A stretch of 26,107 nucleotides of DNA. It comes from Thermoproteota archaeon. Lineage in GTDB: Archaea; Korarchaeota; Korarchaeia; Korarchaeales; Korarchaeaceae. The first letter of the stretch is position 1, and each line of letters opens with the position of its first letter. The notes under the pieces are model-generated. The model saw only the letters and a list, made by a program, of their open reading frames with translations, ran no database searches and was not told where the DNA came from. Made by a program: the position numbers and the translations under genes. Positions 7,105 through 15,261 of the stretch are shown here, in pieces. Location: the NCBI GenBank assembly GCA_027491395.1, contig JAOZFI010000003.1, positions 1 to 26,107 of the forward strand. Direction: 5' to 3'.

Positions 7105-8100
7105 TCACCCTTCAACTCTGATCTCCTTTCTCGGAAGCCTTTTGACCAAAAATTCCCTCCCTCTATATTCGACTATCGACAGTACTCCGTTCTCAACGAG
7201 CCTCTTGATCACCTCATCTGGATCAATCCCCTTTCTCCTGAGGAAAGTCCTTGCAAAGTCGAGTCTCACGGGATGAACGGCTGTGGTCGCCTTGAGGTAC
7301 TCCTCCGGGTCCTCTGCTACCTTGAAACCCAGGCCCTCATAACCAGTGAGGAGTTCGGCATTCACACCGCTCGCCTCCTTGAAGGTGAGGTAGTAAGTGG
7401 AGAGGGTCTCCTCATCAGGCGGTTCGACCCAAGGCTCTGCCGGGGGCCTTATCGGTATCGCTATGTAAGAGGTATCTGGGTTCAGCTTGGACACGAAGCT
7501 TCCTACCTTCTCCGCCTCCCCCTCCCCATCGTTGATGCCCCTGACTAGCATGGTCTCGGTGAGTAACCTGCCTGAGAAGGAAGAGGAGAACTCCAAGAGC
7601 CCCATCAAGATTTTGTCAAGGTCAAGCTTCGGGTGAGGTCTGTTGACGAGCTTCCAGATGCTCTTGGTGACGGCGTCCACCTTTACGGATACAACATCCG
7701 CTAAGGAGAGGGTCTCCCTGACCTCCCTCAAGAAGAGGAGGGAAGAGTTCGTTATGACGGCCACGGGTATGTCCAAAACGTCCTTTATACCTCTAATCTC
7801 CTCCTTCAAGTGAAGGTCGAGGGTGGGCTCCCCGTCAGGCACGAATGTCACGATTTCCGGCCTAGTTTCCTCTGCCTTCCTCACTACCTCCTCAACAACC
7901 CTTCGGGGATCGTAAAACTCCTTCCTCCTGATATCTATATGGATCGTCTTGCCTATCTGGCAGTAGATACACGAGTAGGTGCAGTGCTTGGGCGGGATGT
8001 TGTTCACACCGAGGGAGAGGCCTAACCTCCTAGATGGGACGGGGCCGAACGTGATCACTAGCTTACTGCGGGCCGAGGAAATTAAATCATTGTTGAACAT
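7105..8100 (-). CDS. Radical SAM Fe-S oxidoreductase (COG0731-like)
   Basis: FGPVPSRRLGLSLGVN, CTYSCIYC, DGEPTL and ETMLVRGIND. Confidence 0.88.
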   Translation of the reverse strand: MFNNDLISSARSKLVITFGPVPSRRLGLSLGVNNIPPKHCTYSCIYCQIGKTIHIDIRRKEFYDPRRVVEEVVRKAEETRPEIVTFVPDGEPTLDLHLKEEIRGIKDVLDIPVAVITNSSLLFLREVRETLSLADVVSVKVDAVTKSIWKLVNRPHPKLDLDKILMGLLEFSSSFSGRLLTETMLVRGINDGEGEAEKVGSFVSKLNPDTSYIAIPIRPPAEPWVEPPDEETLSTYYLTFKEASGVNAELLTGYEGLGFKVAEDPEEYLKATTAVHPVRLDFARTFLRRKGIDPDEVIKRLVENGVLSIVEYRGREFLVKRLPRKEIRVEG

Positions 8101-8149
8101 TCATCAAGCAGTTGTCTCCGGTCCTTCCCATCGAGCGGAGGTAATCACA

Positions 8150-8419
8150 TCAAAGCATGAGTCCCAAGGAGGAAAATATCTTCCTGAACCTCCGCATCTC
8201 GATCAGGTACTTGAATCCTTCCTCGCTCAGGTGAAGTCCACCCTTCTCCTCCTCATAGACGAGTCCCTTCTCCATCAGTAGTCTCAAATACTCGGTCAAC
8301 CTCGAATAGGGAACGTTGACCTCCTGACTTAGCCTCGTCGGGGCTATTCCCGGCTTGGCCGATATGGCCTCCAGCACATCCATGACTATGGCTGCCTGAG
8401 ATCGGTACTTCCTCCTCAC
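8150..8419 (-). CDS. Winged-HTH transcriptional regulator (archaeal COG3432/HTH_45-like)
   Basis: RSQAAIVMDVLEAI...PTRLSQEVNVPYSRLTEYLRLLMEKGLV...LSEEG. Start moved to GTG 8419, just after the upstream stop. Confidence 0.82.
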   Translation of the reverse strand: MRRKYRSQAAIVMDVLEAISAKPGIAPTRLSQEVNVPYSRLTEYLRLLMEKGLVYEEEKGGLHLSEEGFKYLIEMRRFRKIFSSLGLML

Positions 8420-8421
8420 CC

Positions 8422-8979
8422 TTACACCCTGAGAGTGGGGATGAGCATGAGCAGGGCTATGGGCCTCACCATCTCGCCCGTGATAAGCAACCACGGCTTG
8501 GCGTACATCAGTGAGAGGAAGGTCATTATGTGGGAGGCACCGAGTCCCAAGTAGGCGGCGGTGGCGTGCTTGGAGGCCCTGCCGTAAGAGGCTAGGGCCA
8601 CGTAAAGGACTATCGCCGATGGAAGGAGGGGTAAGAATGAGAAGAGCCTCCTAGCAGGTGAAGTGACCCTGACAGCCAGCAGCAGATAGCTCAGGGTGAA
8701 GGAGAGCTGTATCGCAATGAACCAGTGGTTCGCGGCTAGGCCAGAGAGCCATACCCTAGGTGGGGCATGAGGAGGGGATGAAAGGGCCGCTGAAAAGCCA
8801 GCAGAAGCCAAGAACGAGATCACCATTAGGGAGAAGGAACCAGTTACCATTCCCATGCCCGGGACACCCATCTTCCTAGCCTTCCAGGCTTGGAGCGAGA
8901 GATAGCTTGATATGAGGGCCGCTGCCAAGTTCAGGACCATTATGGTCAGCGCTAAGGATGGCGGGATCGCCTGCATCAA
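8422..8979 (-). CDS. Polytopic membrane protein of unknown function
   Basis: About 5-6 hydrophobic segments. Co-oriented and abutting the wHTH gene. Confidence 0.7.
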   Translation of the reverse strand: MMQAIPPSLALTIMVLNLAAALISSYLSLQAWKARKMGVPGMGMVTGSFSLMVISFLASAGFSAALSSPPHAPPRVWLSGLAANHWFIAIQLSFTLSYLLLAVRVTSPARRLFSFLPLLPSAIVLYVALASYGRASKHATAAYLGLGASHIMTFLSLMYAKPWLLITGEMVRPIALLMLIPTLRV

Positions 8980-9016
8980 GATCGTGATTCCCTTACCGCT
9001 GTTCCTATTTAAGGAC

Positions 9017-10081
9017 TCATGGATAGAGCCCAGCCAAAGCCAATAAGATGAACATCACCGCGGATGCGAGGAAATAGGGGACTGATATCTTGTGGAACCT
9101 CTCAAGCTTCAGGTCCGCCATTCTCAGAGTGATGAAGTTGGCCATGGATCCTATTATGAGGCCAGTCCCTCCCAGATTCACGCCCACTAGGAGGGACCTC
9201 CAGTCCGTCGTGTGATTGAGCAGAGTTATCGTGGCGGGCACATTGCTGATGATTTGGCTGAGCAGGGCCGAGGTAGCCAACACAGTTACTCCCTTGAGGT
9301 TTGGTATTATCCCCATAGATCCCAGTATGTGGGAGAGTTGCCCGAAATCCATGAAGAGAAAGGTGAACATGACTAAGAGGGGGATGTCTATCCCTCGAAT
9401 CACCTCTTTCCTCACGAGCAGGGAGATTAATAGAGTAGTGATCGTTCCTATGAGGTAATATCCGTAGCTAGCCAGCACCAAGTTGATAGCGAGGAGGAGC
9501 AACGCGGAGACCGCCGATCTGAGATCCAACCTTATGGAAACCAACTTGGCAGGACCCTCACTCACTATGGGAAGTTTTAGGGAGAAGATGATCAGCAAAG
9601 TTGATGACAGGAGGTAGAAGGGAAGGGCCACGGTCAGGAACGAGATTGCTTGCATGTGGAAGTGGCTCCAGATTATGATGTTTTGAGGGTTTCCAAAGGG
9701 TGTAAGCGCCGATCCCACGTTGGCGCCTATGGTAATTAGGACGAGCATGTCGGAGGGATCTCCGCCAGTCATCCTGTAGAGGGTGATAACGAGCGGAATA
9801 AGGAAGAAGAGGGCTGTGTCGTTCATGAGCAGTGCTGCAACGAGCTCAGAGGTGATTAAGAGTAGGAGGATGCGTTTCCTACCCCTCATAGAGAGGATCC
9901 ATGTGGAAACCTTCGAGAAGACGCCGGACATGTCCATGAGTTTAGACACTAGCATGAAGGAGAGGATTAAGGAGAGGGCTTCCAAGTTCACGTAGGAGGG
10001 GGACCTGTAGAGAAAAGTGGGATCCATAGCGAGTAGAAGTATGTAGAATAAGACAAGGGTAGAGAGTAGCTTCTCTCTCAA
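9017..10081 (-). CDS. IT-superfamily (ArsB/NhaD/SLC13, YbiR-like) anion transporter
   Basis: LMNDTAL, GANVGSALTPFGNPQN, SQIISNVPAT and VNLGGTGLIIGSMAN. Confidence 0.88.
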   Translation of the reverse strand: MREKLLSTLVLFYILLLAMDPTFLYRSPSYVNLEALSLILSFMLVSKLMDMSGVFSKVSTWILSMRGRKRILLLLITSELVAALLMNDTALFFLIPLVITLYRMTGGDPSDMLVLITIGANVGSALTPFGNPQNIIIWSHFHMQAISFLTVALPFYLLSSTLLIIFSLKLPIVSEGPAKLVSIRLDLRSAVSALLLLAINLVLASYGYYLIGTITTLLISLLVRKEVIRGIDIPLLVMFTFLFMDFGQLSHILGSMGIIPNLKGVTVLATSALLSQIISNVPATITLLNHTTDWRSLLVGVNLGGTGLIIGSMANFITLRMADLKLERFHKISVPYFLASAVMFILLALAGLYP

Positions 10082-10100
10082 GAGGAACCGTCTGATGGGG

Positions 10101-10568
10101 TTAGTAAACGTTCCTCCTTACCTCCTCGGTCAGGCCGTAGTCGGGCACTACTTCTCTCCCATCGCTGGATACCCTCACATGGGCCACCAAGTAAGGCCCC
10201 CAAGCGAGGGGAACGACCCAGCACCTGTCGGGTTCCCTGTATTCAGCAGCGTCGAGCACTCTCAGTTCTCTAACTATCTCTTCCGCTCTACCCTTGATCT
10301 CACTTGGATCCATCTCGCGTGACGATCTGACTGGCCTGCCCTTTGGAGAGGGCTCCATTTTATCGACGTCCAAGTGGATCCTGTCGAGGGCGTACCCCTG
10401 ATACATTACGGGGATATCCACATGCCAGCCTCCCGGATCGCCCCTGATCAGCGCGGGTCCGGCTGAGAGAAGGTGTAGAATCTCCCTCGCCGTCTCTATA
10501 GCCTTCTCAGCGTCCTCTCTGCTTATGGGAGGTGGTCTCCTTGGGTGTCCCTTGATGGGTGGTGGCAT
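10101..10568 (-). CDS. Hypothetical protein with Pro-rich N-terminus
   Basis: Coding-like composition with an SD-like GGGATG upstream. First gene of the minus-strand run. MPPPIKGHPRRPPP...; no family recognised with confidence. Confidence 0.7.
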   Translation of the reverse strand: MPPPIKGHPRRPPPISREDAEKAIETAREILHLLSAGPALIRGDPGGWHVDIPVMYQGYALDRIHLDVDKMEPSPKGRPVRSSREMDPSEIKGRAEEIVRELRVLDAAEYREPDRCWVVPLAWGPYLVAHVRVSSDGREVVPDYGLTEEVRRNVY

Positions 10569-10633
10569 TTATCCATCCCTTCCCCCATTGCCTCGTCCGG
10601 CTAAAAGAAAAAACTTCCCAGCTCTTCAGGTGA

Positions 10634-10651
10634 AAGGACAATTTGTCCGTA
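10634..10651. promoter_or_regulatory. Palindromic operator GGACA-ATT-TGTCC in a divergent promoter
   Basis: AAGGACAATTTGTCCGTA followed by the AT-rich TAATATATT. Near-copy at 4120-4137. Confidence 0.6.
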
Positions 10652-10730
10652 CCCGTAATATATTCTAATGGGTGAATGAGCTCTGAGGAGCTACGAGAAT
10701 GAGGGTTGAGGGATATAGGAGGTGGTCTGT

Positions 10731-11000
10731 ATGGATCTAACCGCTATAAAACTCAAAATCAGGTCCGTGATCAGCATATCCCAGCTGGCCATGGGAGCTT
10801 TCCTGCTGCTGAGCGGAATAGCCCTCTACATAGCCCCCTCCGGTAGGGGGAGCAGTGAAGCTCTGATATGGTTCATGACGAAGGCCGACTGGGAGTACTG
10901 GCACACTGTGATCGGGTTCATCATGGCTGGATCCGGGCTGATACACGTGGATCTTAACTTCAGGACGCTGAAGGTGCTGACTAGGAGGCTGCTGGGGTGA
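10731..11000 (+). CDS. DUF4405-like two-TM protein (possible b-heme binding)
   Basis: LSGIALY, W-x-x-W-H-T and L-I-H-V-x-L-N. Start placed at ATG 10731 after a GGAGGTG SD. Confidence 0.75.
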   Translation: MDLTAIKLKIRSVISISQLAMGAFLLLSGIALYIAPSGRGSSEALIWFMTKADWEYWHTVIGFIMAGSGLIHVDLNFRTLKVLTRRLLG

Positions 11001-11004
11001 TTAC

Positions 11005-11379
11005 ATGAACTGGGAAGCGATCTGGTTCCCGTCCGTGATCGCATTGGCCGTGGTGATAGCTACCTTCCCCTTCTGGTACCCAGAAATGACCGGGTCGGAG
11101 GGCAAGTTGATGCACGGAGAGGAGAATCCTACCTTCGTGATGAGGGGTGTGCTGAGTGAGGTGGGGGGCTACTACGTGGTTGTGCAGACTTCCCAAGGGG
11201 AAGTGAAGGTCAGCGTTCATGGGTGGTATAAGGGGAGGACCATGAAGTGGTTCGAAGTTCTGGAAGAGTTGCGGGGGTACATAGGCCAAGAAGTGGTCAT
11301 GGAGGTTGAGGACGAAGGTGGCGGCAATCTGGTGGCCAAATACATAGAGATACGCGCGCGAGCAGGAGTCAAGTACTGA
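11005..11379 (+). CDS. Membrane-anchored beta-rich (OB-fold-like) protein
   Basis: N-terminal TM ending in FPFWYP, followed by beta-strand-like segments. GGGGTGA SD upstream. Confidence 0.7.
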   Translation: MNWEAIWFPSVIALAVVIATFPFWYPEMTGSEGKLMHGEENPTFVMRGVLSEVGGYYVVVQTSQGEVKVSVHGWYKGRTMKWFEVLEELRGYIGQEVVMEVEDEGGGNLVAKYIEIRARAGVKY

Positions 11380-11433
11380 GGATCACGACGGGTCCCTTCT
11401 TTCCTTATCAGGAACTTTTTTACAGCTTTCTGG

Positions 11434-11952
11434 ATGGTACGCACAATGCCTATGGGGAAGATTGGAAGATTCCAAGTGATGGGTCTCCTCCAAGCCGCTA
11501 GGTACTACCTGCTCAAGGGTGATTTGGAGAGAGCGAAATCTTTCGGCCTGAACAGGGCCATATTCTACGCTTGGGCAAAGAGATCAGGTGGGAGACCAGC
11601 GAGAAGGTATGCTGCCGGTGCTACAGCTCCCTCCATGCCGCCAGCTGCCCGAAACATTGAGAAATTGGGGAATGAGGCGGCCTACATCTCAGAGGGCGGT
11701 TTGTTTGTCATAGGTAACGAGGTGCAGAGGCCTGAAGACTACGACAGACAGATAGCCCAGAGAATTGACGCAGTCATCCCCTACGAGGAGGCGTGGAGGG
11801 CGGCGATCAAATACCTCAAGACGTTCCCCAAGGAGGTGCTGCTGGATCAGAGGCAATTCTACGAGAAGGTTTACCTGCCGGTGAGGGACCACTTCGAGGA
11901 GATTGTTAGAAGATATTCCAATTCCAGCGGCTTGGATGGACTGTTGAGCTAG
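11434..11952 (+). CDS. Conserved hypothetical protein
   Basis: GRFQVMGLLQAAR...AKSFGLNRAIFYAWAK...FYEKVYLPVRD reads like a conserved archaeal family of unknown function. The start may be 11446 or 11452. Confidence 0.75.
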   Translation: MVRTMPMGKIGRFQVMGLLQAARYYLLKGDLERAKSFGLNRAIFYAWAKRSGGRPARRYAAGATAPSMPPAARNIEKLGNEAAYISEGGLFVIGNEVQRPEDYDRQIAQRIDAVIPYEEAWRAAIKYLKTFPKEVLLDQRQFYEKVYLPVRDHFEEIVRRYSNSSGLDGLLS

Positions 11953-12312
11953 AGGAGGGACCTGTTCTACGTCAAGATGACTAGGCGCTAGGCACCCGTA
12001 CAGAGCTTCTCTGCCGTTAGTATCCTTGGACTGGGACTCCATAGGGCCGTCCTGTCCATCCTAGGAGACTGGGTAGATTTAGGGAGATCAGCAGGCTGAC
12101 AAAGGTTGAAGGGACGGAGGAAGAGATCCTCTCACCCTCCTTGCTCTTTGATCGCCGAAGGGCTATGAGAGGAAGGGTCTTCTTCTACATACTGAAGTAG
12201 TGGCGGAATATGCGACGATCATCGCGGAGAAGCGCTGATATATCCTAGACCTGAATCTAAGCCAAGGATCCAGCCAAGCAGGGACCATAGCTCTGCCAAG
12301 AAATTGTGGGGA

Positions 12313-13470
12313 TCAGGAGGCGAACCGCCTTCTGACTATCAGGATGATGAGGAGTGAGGCGAGGATTGCTATGGTGCCCAAAGCCGTTAGGAGGGTTCTA
12401 TCCCCCTTGCTGATAACTACCGTGGTTACCATGAAGGTGGTCGTTCCCCTAGGTGTTTCCTGCTGCTCTCCCGTGAGCGCTTCCCTAGAGGATGAGGTTG
12501 ACGGGGAAGTGTCCCTAGAGGAGAATGTACTGGTAGTGCTCAATGCCTTCCTAACGGTCAGAGAGATGGATGCCCTCTCCACCTCGTTTCCAGACATGAC
12601 CGTGACCTCCATCTTGAAGGTGCCGTAGGATAGGGGGTGGGTCATGATATTCAAGTGATATAGGCCTCCCTCCTTTGTCACGGTGTATCTGAAACCAGTC
12701 GGGAGGCCATCGATTCGAAACTTCGGTGATTTAAGTGAGGTATTTATGGAAAAGATGGCTACCTCTCCAGCAATGACCGTCATCGACCGGGGCTCTACCT
12801 CGAGTTCTCTTGCTTCTGTGGTCTTGGTTAGCCAGTGGACCGTCTCTCCTTGGTGAGTTTCGCTTCCCTTCTTGGGAGTCTCTGATTCAGAGCTAGAGAC
12901 CGCAGGATGGACCTGTTGAGGGCCGGGAAGCATCTCGACGTTCAGGCTCCTACTCACCGTCTCGGATCTTGCAGCCCCGCTCTTCCAGCTGTAGAACTCC
13001 ACAGTCAATCTTATCCGCATGCCCTCCTTGTACCTATGGATCGTTACCGAGGCCATCGCGCGAAAGCCCCCACTGTTCTCGTTACACTCGGCAGCCGCAT
13101 AAGTGCTAAGGTACCCCCTGTAGGGGGGATTGACCCCGACGATCGCGCTGGTAGAGTAGGTTCCCCTCTGGTTCACCCTCCCGGAAATTTCAAGGGAAAC
13201 TGTGGAGCCTATGGGAACGGAAACTTCACTAGGGATACTGGAGAGGGATGGTGCCCCGTAGAGGACCGAGCTACCGTCGGGATACCTCACCCGCGCCACT
13301 ATTATGGGAGGAGACACCTGTACAGCTAGATCCCTCTCTAATCGCATTTCGGCGTCAGCCCTGCCTCCCACCTCCCCCCTCACCGATGAGCTATCAGCTA
13401 ATAGAGATACCAGCTCAGATCCAGCCACTAAGAGTAATATTAGGAGGAAGAGAAACCGGCGAGTATACAT
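12313..13470 (-). CDS. Cell-surface protein (signal peptide, beta domains, Ser/Thr linker, C-terminal TM anchor)
   Basis: N-terminal RR + hydrophobic stretch, S/T-rich linkers, and a C-terminal hydrophobic helix followed by RRR. Confidence 0.8.
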   Translation of the reverse strand: MYTRRFLFLLILLLVAGSELVSLLADSSSVRGEVGGRADAEMRLERDLAVQVSPPIIVARVRYPDGSSVLYGAPSLSSIPSEVSVPIGSTVSLEISGRVNQRGTYSTSAIVGVNPPYRGYLSTYAAAECNENSGGFRAMASVTIHRYKEGMRIRLTVEFYSWKSGAARSETVSRSLNVEMLPGPQQVHPAVSSSESETPKKGSETHQGETVHWLTKTTEARELEVEPRSMTVIAGEVAIFSINTSLKSPKFRIDGLPTGFRYTVTKEGGLYHLNIMTHPLSYGTFKMEVTVMSGNEVERASISLTVRKALSTTSTFSSRDTSPSTSSSREALTGEQQETPRGTTTFMVTTVVISKGDRTLLTALGTIAILASLLIILIVRRRFAS

Positions 13471-13754
13471 ACGAACCTAGTTTTATTAAGATAAGGATAA
13501 ATAAAAGGTGTGCCCCTACAGCATCCTCATAGGTTGAATGTAACGTGAATATTAGATATTCTTTCTTTTATCAATTCCTGCGAGCTCGCTCAGAAATTTA
13601 TAATGTAGCCGCAATTACCGTCCAGTACCTAGAAAGCCCATTTCGGAGGCCGCGCACAGAAGTGGTCAAGAGATATTCTAAGTCTGGGGGTTTAGATGAA
13701 CTTCTGAGCTAAAGTAATGGATTTGTTCTTCATTTGATCGGAATAAGGTGCTAA

Positions 13755-13997
13755 ATGGATCTCCCCAGTTACAGGTACCCTAGGCTCAGCTCGATAGGCG
13801 CCGTTTTGGCAGTCTTGGGAGGTACTTGGATCAACCTAAAGAAGATAGCTAGGCTGACGGGTCTGAAGGAATGGAGAGTAAGGTCCTCTCTAGCATTTTT
13901 AGTCTCACTGGATGTGACCGAGAGGGCGAGGAGGGGAAGGCTATACTTCTACAGACTGTGGGGAAAAGAATCTACTCAGCTCCTTCCTAGAGATTGA
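13755..13997 (+). CDS. Small winged-HTH-like protein
   Basis: NLKKIARLTGLKEWRVRSSLAFLVSLDVTER...GRLYFYRL. AGGTG SD upstream. Confidence 0.6.
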   Translation: MDLPSYRYPRLSSIGAVLAVLGGTWINLKKIARLTGLKEWRVRSSLAFLVSLDVTERARRGRLYFYRLWGKESTQLLPRD

Positions 13998-14084
13998 GAT
14001 ATTCTGGATCCTCTGGTCCCTCCTAGTCAATATACCTCTAAAAAAGGTTCTTGGATCGATTTTGGCCTGAGGTTCGCCCGGGAA

Positions 14085-14360
14085 ATGGATTTGGTCATAG
14101 ATCGAGAGTTGACTGACAGGGGGAGGAGGGAGGTCCTCGCGAGTGCCATAAGGAAGGCCTTCTTCGAGGTGACTGGTGAGGGAGAGATCTTGGCCCTCTC
14201 CAAGATAGCTGAGATACTTGAGAGATGGGATTTCTCCAAGGAAGAGTTCAGGAGGACCGTGCTCAGCGCTGTTTACTACCTTAAGGGGGCAAAGATGGTG
14301 AGGTTTAAGTCTCGAACCTCTGGAGATTATCTGGAGATACACGGGATCCTCCTAGGTTGA
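14085..14360 (+). CDS. Small hypothetical protein
   Basis: 91-aa ORF with host-like codon usage. No motif recognised. Confidence 0.55.
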   Translation: MDLVIDRELTDRGRREVLASAIRKAFFEVTGEGEILALSKIAEILERWDFSKEEFRRTVLSAVYYLKGAKMVRFKSRTSGDYLEIHGILLG

Positions 14361-14381
14361 GAATGGTTAGGGAGCCTCAAA

Positions 14382-14760
14382 TTACCGTGTAACCCATGAA
14401 AGACCAACCCGGCCTGTTGGCCTCGTAGAAGGCCATCGCCCTCCTGTAACTGAGCTGAGGGACCTCCTGAGCCATCTGCATACCGTCAAATATCTCGCTC
14501 TCAAACCTCTTGGTAGATCCATCACCTCAGTGAGTAGCCTAGTTCCTATCCTGTGCCTCCACATGTTCCTGATCAGGTGGATCTCACATCTAAATTCAAA
14601 TTCCTTCTGTTAAGGTGGGCGAGCCCCCAGGGTCTGCCCTAAAGCGTTGCCATTAATATCAAGTGGTCGCTACTAGGAGGGATGAAGAGCCCTCAACTTC
14701 TAATGTATATCCCTCCAAATCTCCCCTCCCAGCTATTTCAGTCATTGAGGATCTCGACAT
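14382..14760 (-). pseudogene. GNAT acetyltransferase remnant
   Basis: WRHRIGTRLLTEVMDLPRGLRARYLTV (motif A-like), then in another frame SYRRAMAFYEAN (motif B-like). Many stops upstream. The 5' boundary is a guess. Confidence 0.5.
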
Positions 14761-15133
14761 CGGCCTCTCCGTTGGGCTCAAGCATATTGGAGGGAACTCT
14801 CCACACGTAAACTCACGAGGATTGATCGTAGTGTGATGTCTGGCTCTTTGGGGAGCAGGAGAATCCGGGTATCCTCAGCGTGGAGCATGATCCCTATAGC
14901 CCAAACATCCTTCGCTATAATCAAGGCGGCCCTTCCCCCACCCCCTAGATCTCCAAGTTATATCGTAAATGAAACAACCTTTCTCCTCCTTGAACGATAT
15001 CCTCATAGCGGGTTTCGTCTGGAAGGCCCTATTCCCGGGCTAGACGAGCCATCCGGCCAGCTCCTCAGGAATAAAAGGAGTATCACGGTCCAAGTGAGTA
15101 CCTTGCCTTTAAAGGGTTGGTTCGTTCTTCGGA

Positions 15134-15164
15134 ATTATTTGGCAAAATAATCAATTTATTTTGC
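15134..15164. promoter_or_regulatory. Overlapping AT-rich palindromes, probable operator
   Basis: GCAAAATAA-N5-TTATTTTGC (15142-15164, perfect) overlapping ATTATTT-N4-AAATAAT (15134-15151). Confidence 0.55.
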
Positions 15165-15222
15165 AAGAAAGGTTGTTTACTCTCTCTTTTGGCGGAGAGG
15201 GGCCTTCTCCCGTCTCCACGGC

Positions 15223-15238
15223 ATAAAATATTTATAAG
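15223..15238 (+). promoter_or_regulatory. BRE/TATA promoter of the ABC operon (probably leaderless)
   Basis: TTTATAAG at 15231-15238, 24-31 nt upstream of ATG 15262. No SD. Confidence 0.6.
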
Positions 15239-15261
15239 TATCGCTCAACGCCGCATCCCCT

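Noticed and set aside
11953-12312. Coding-like purine-rich intergenic stretch
   Set aside because: Probably a gene remnant, but no recognisable motif in any frame I translated.
14833-15150. 105-aa plus-strand ORF
   Set aside because: Atypical composition and no SD or motif. Likely antisense to decayed minus-strand sequence.
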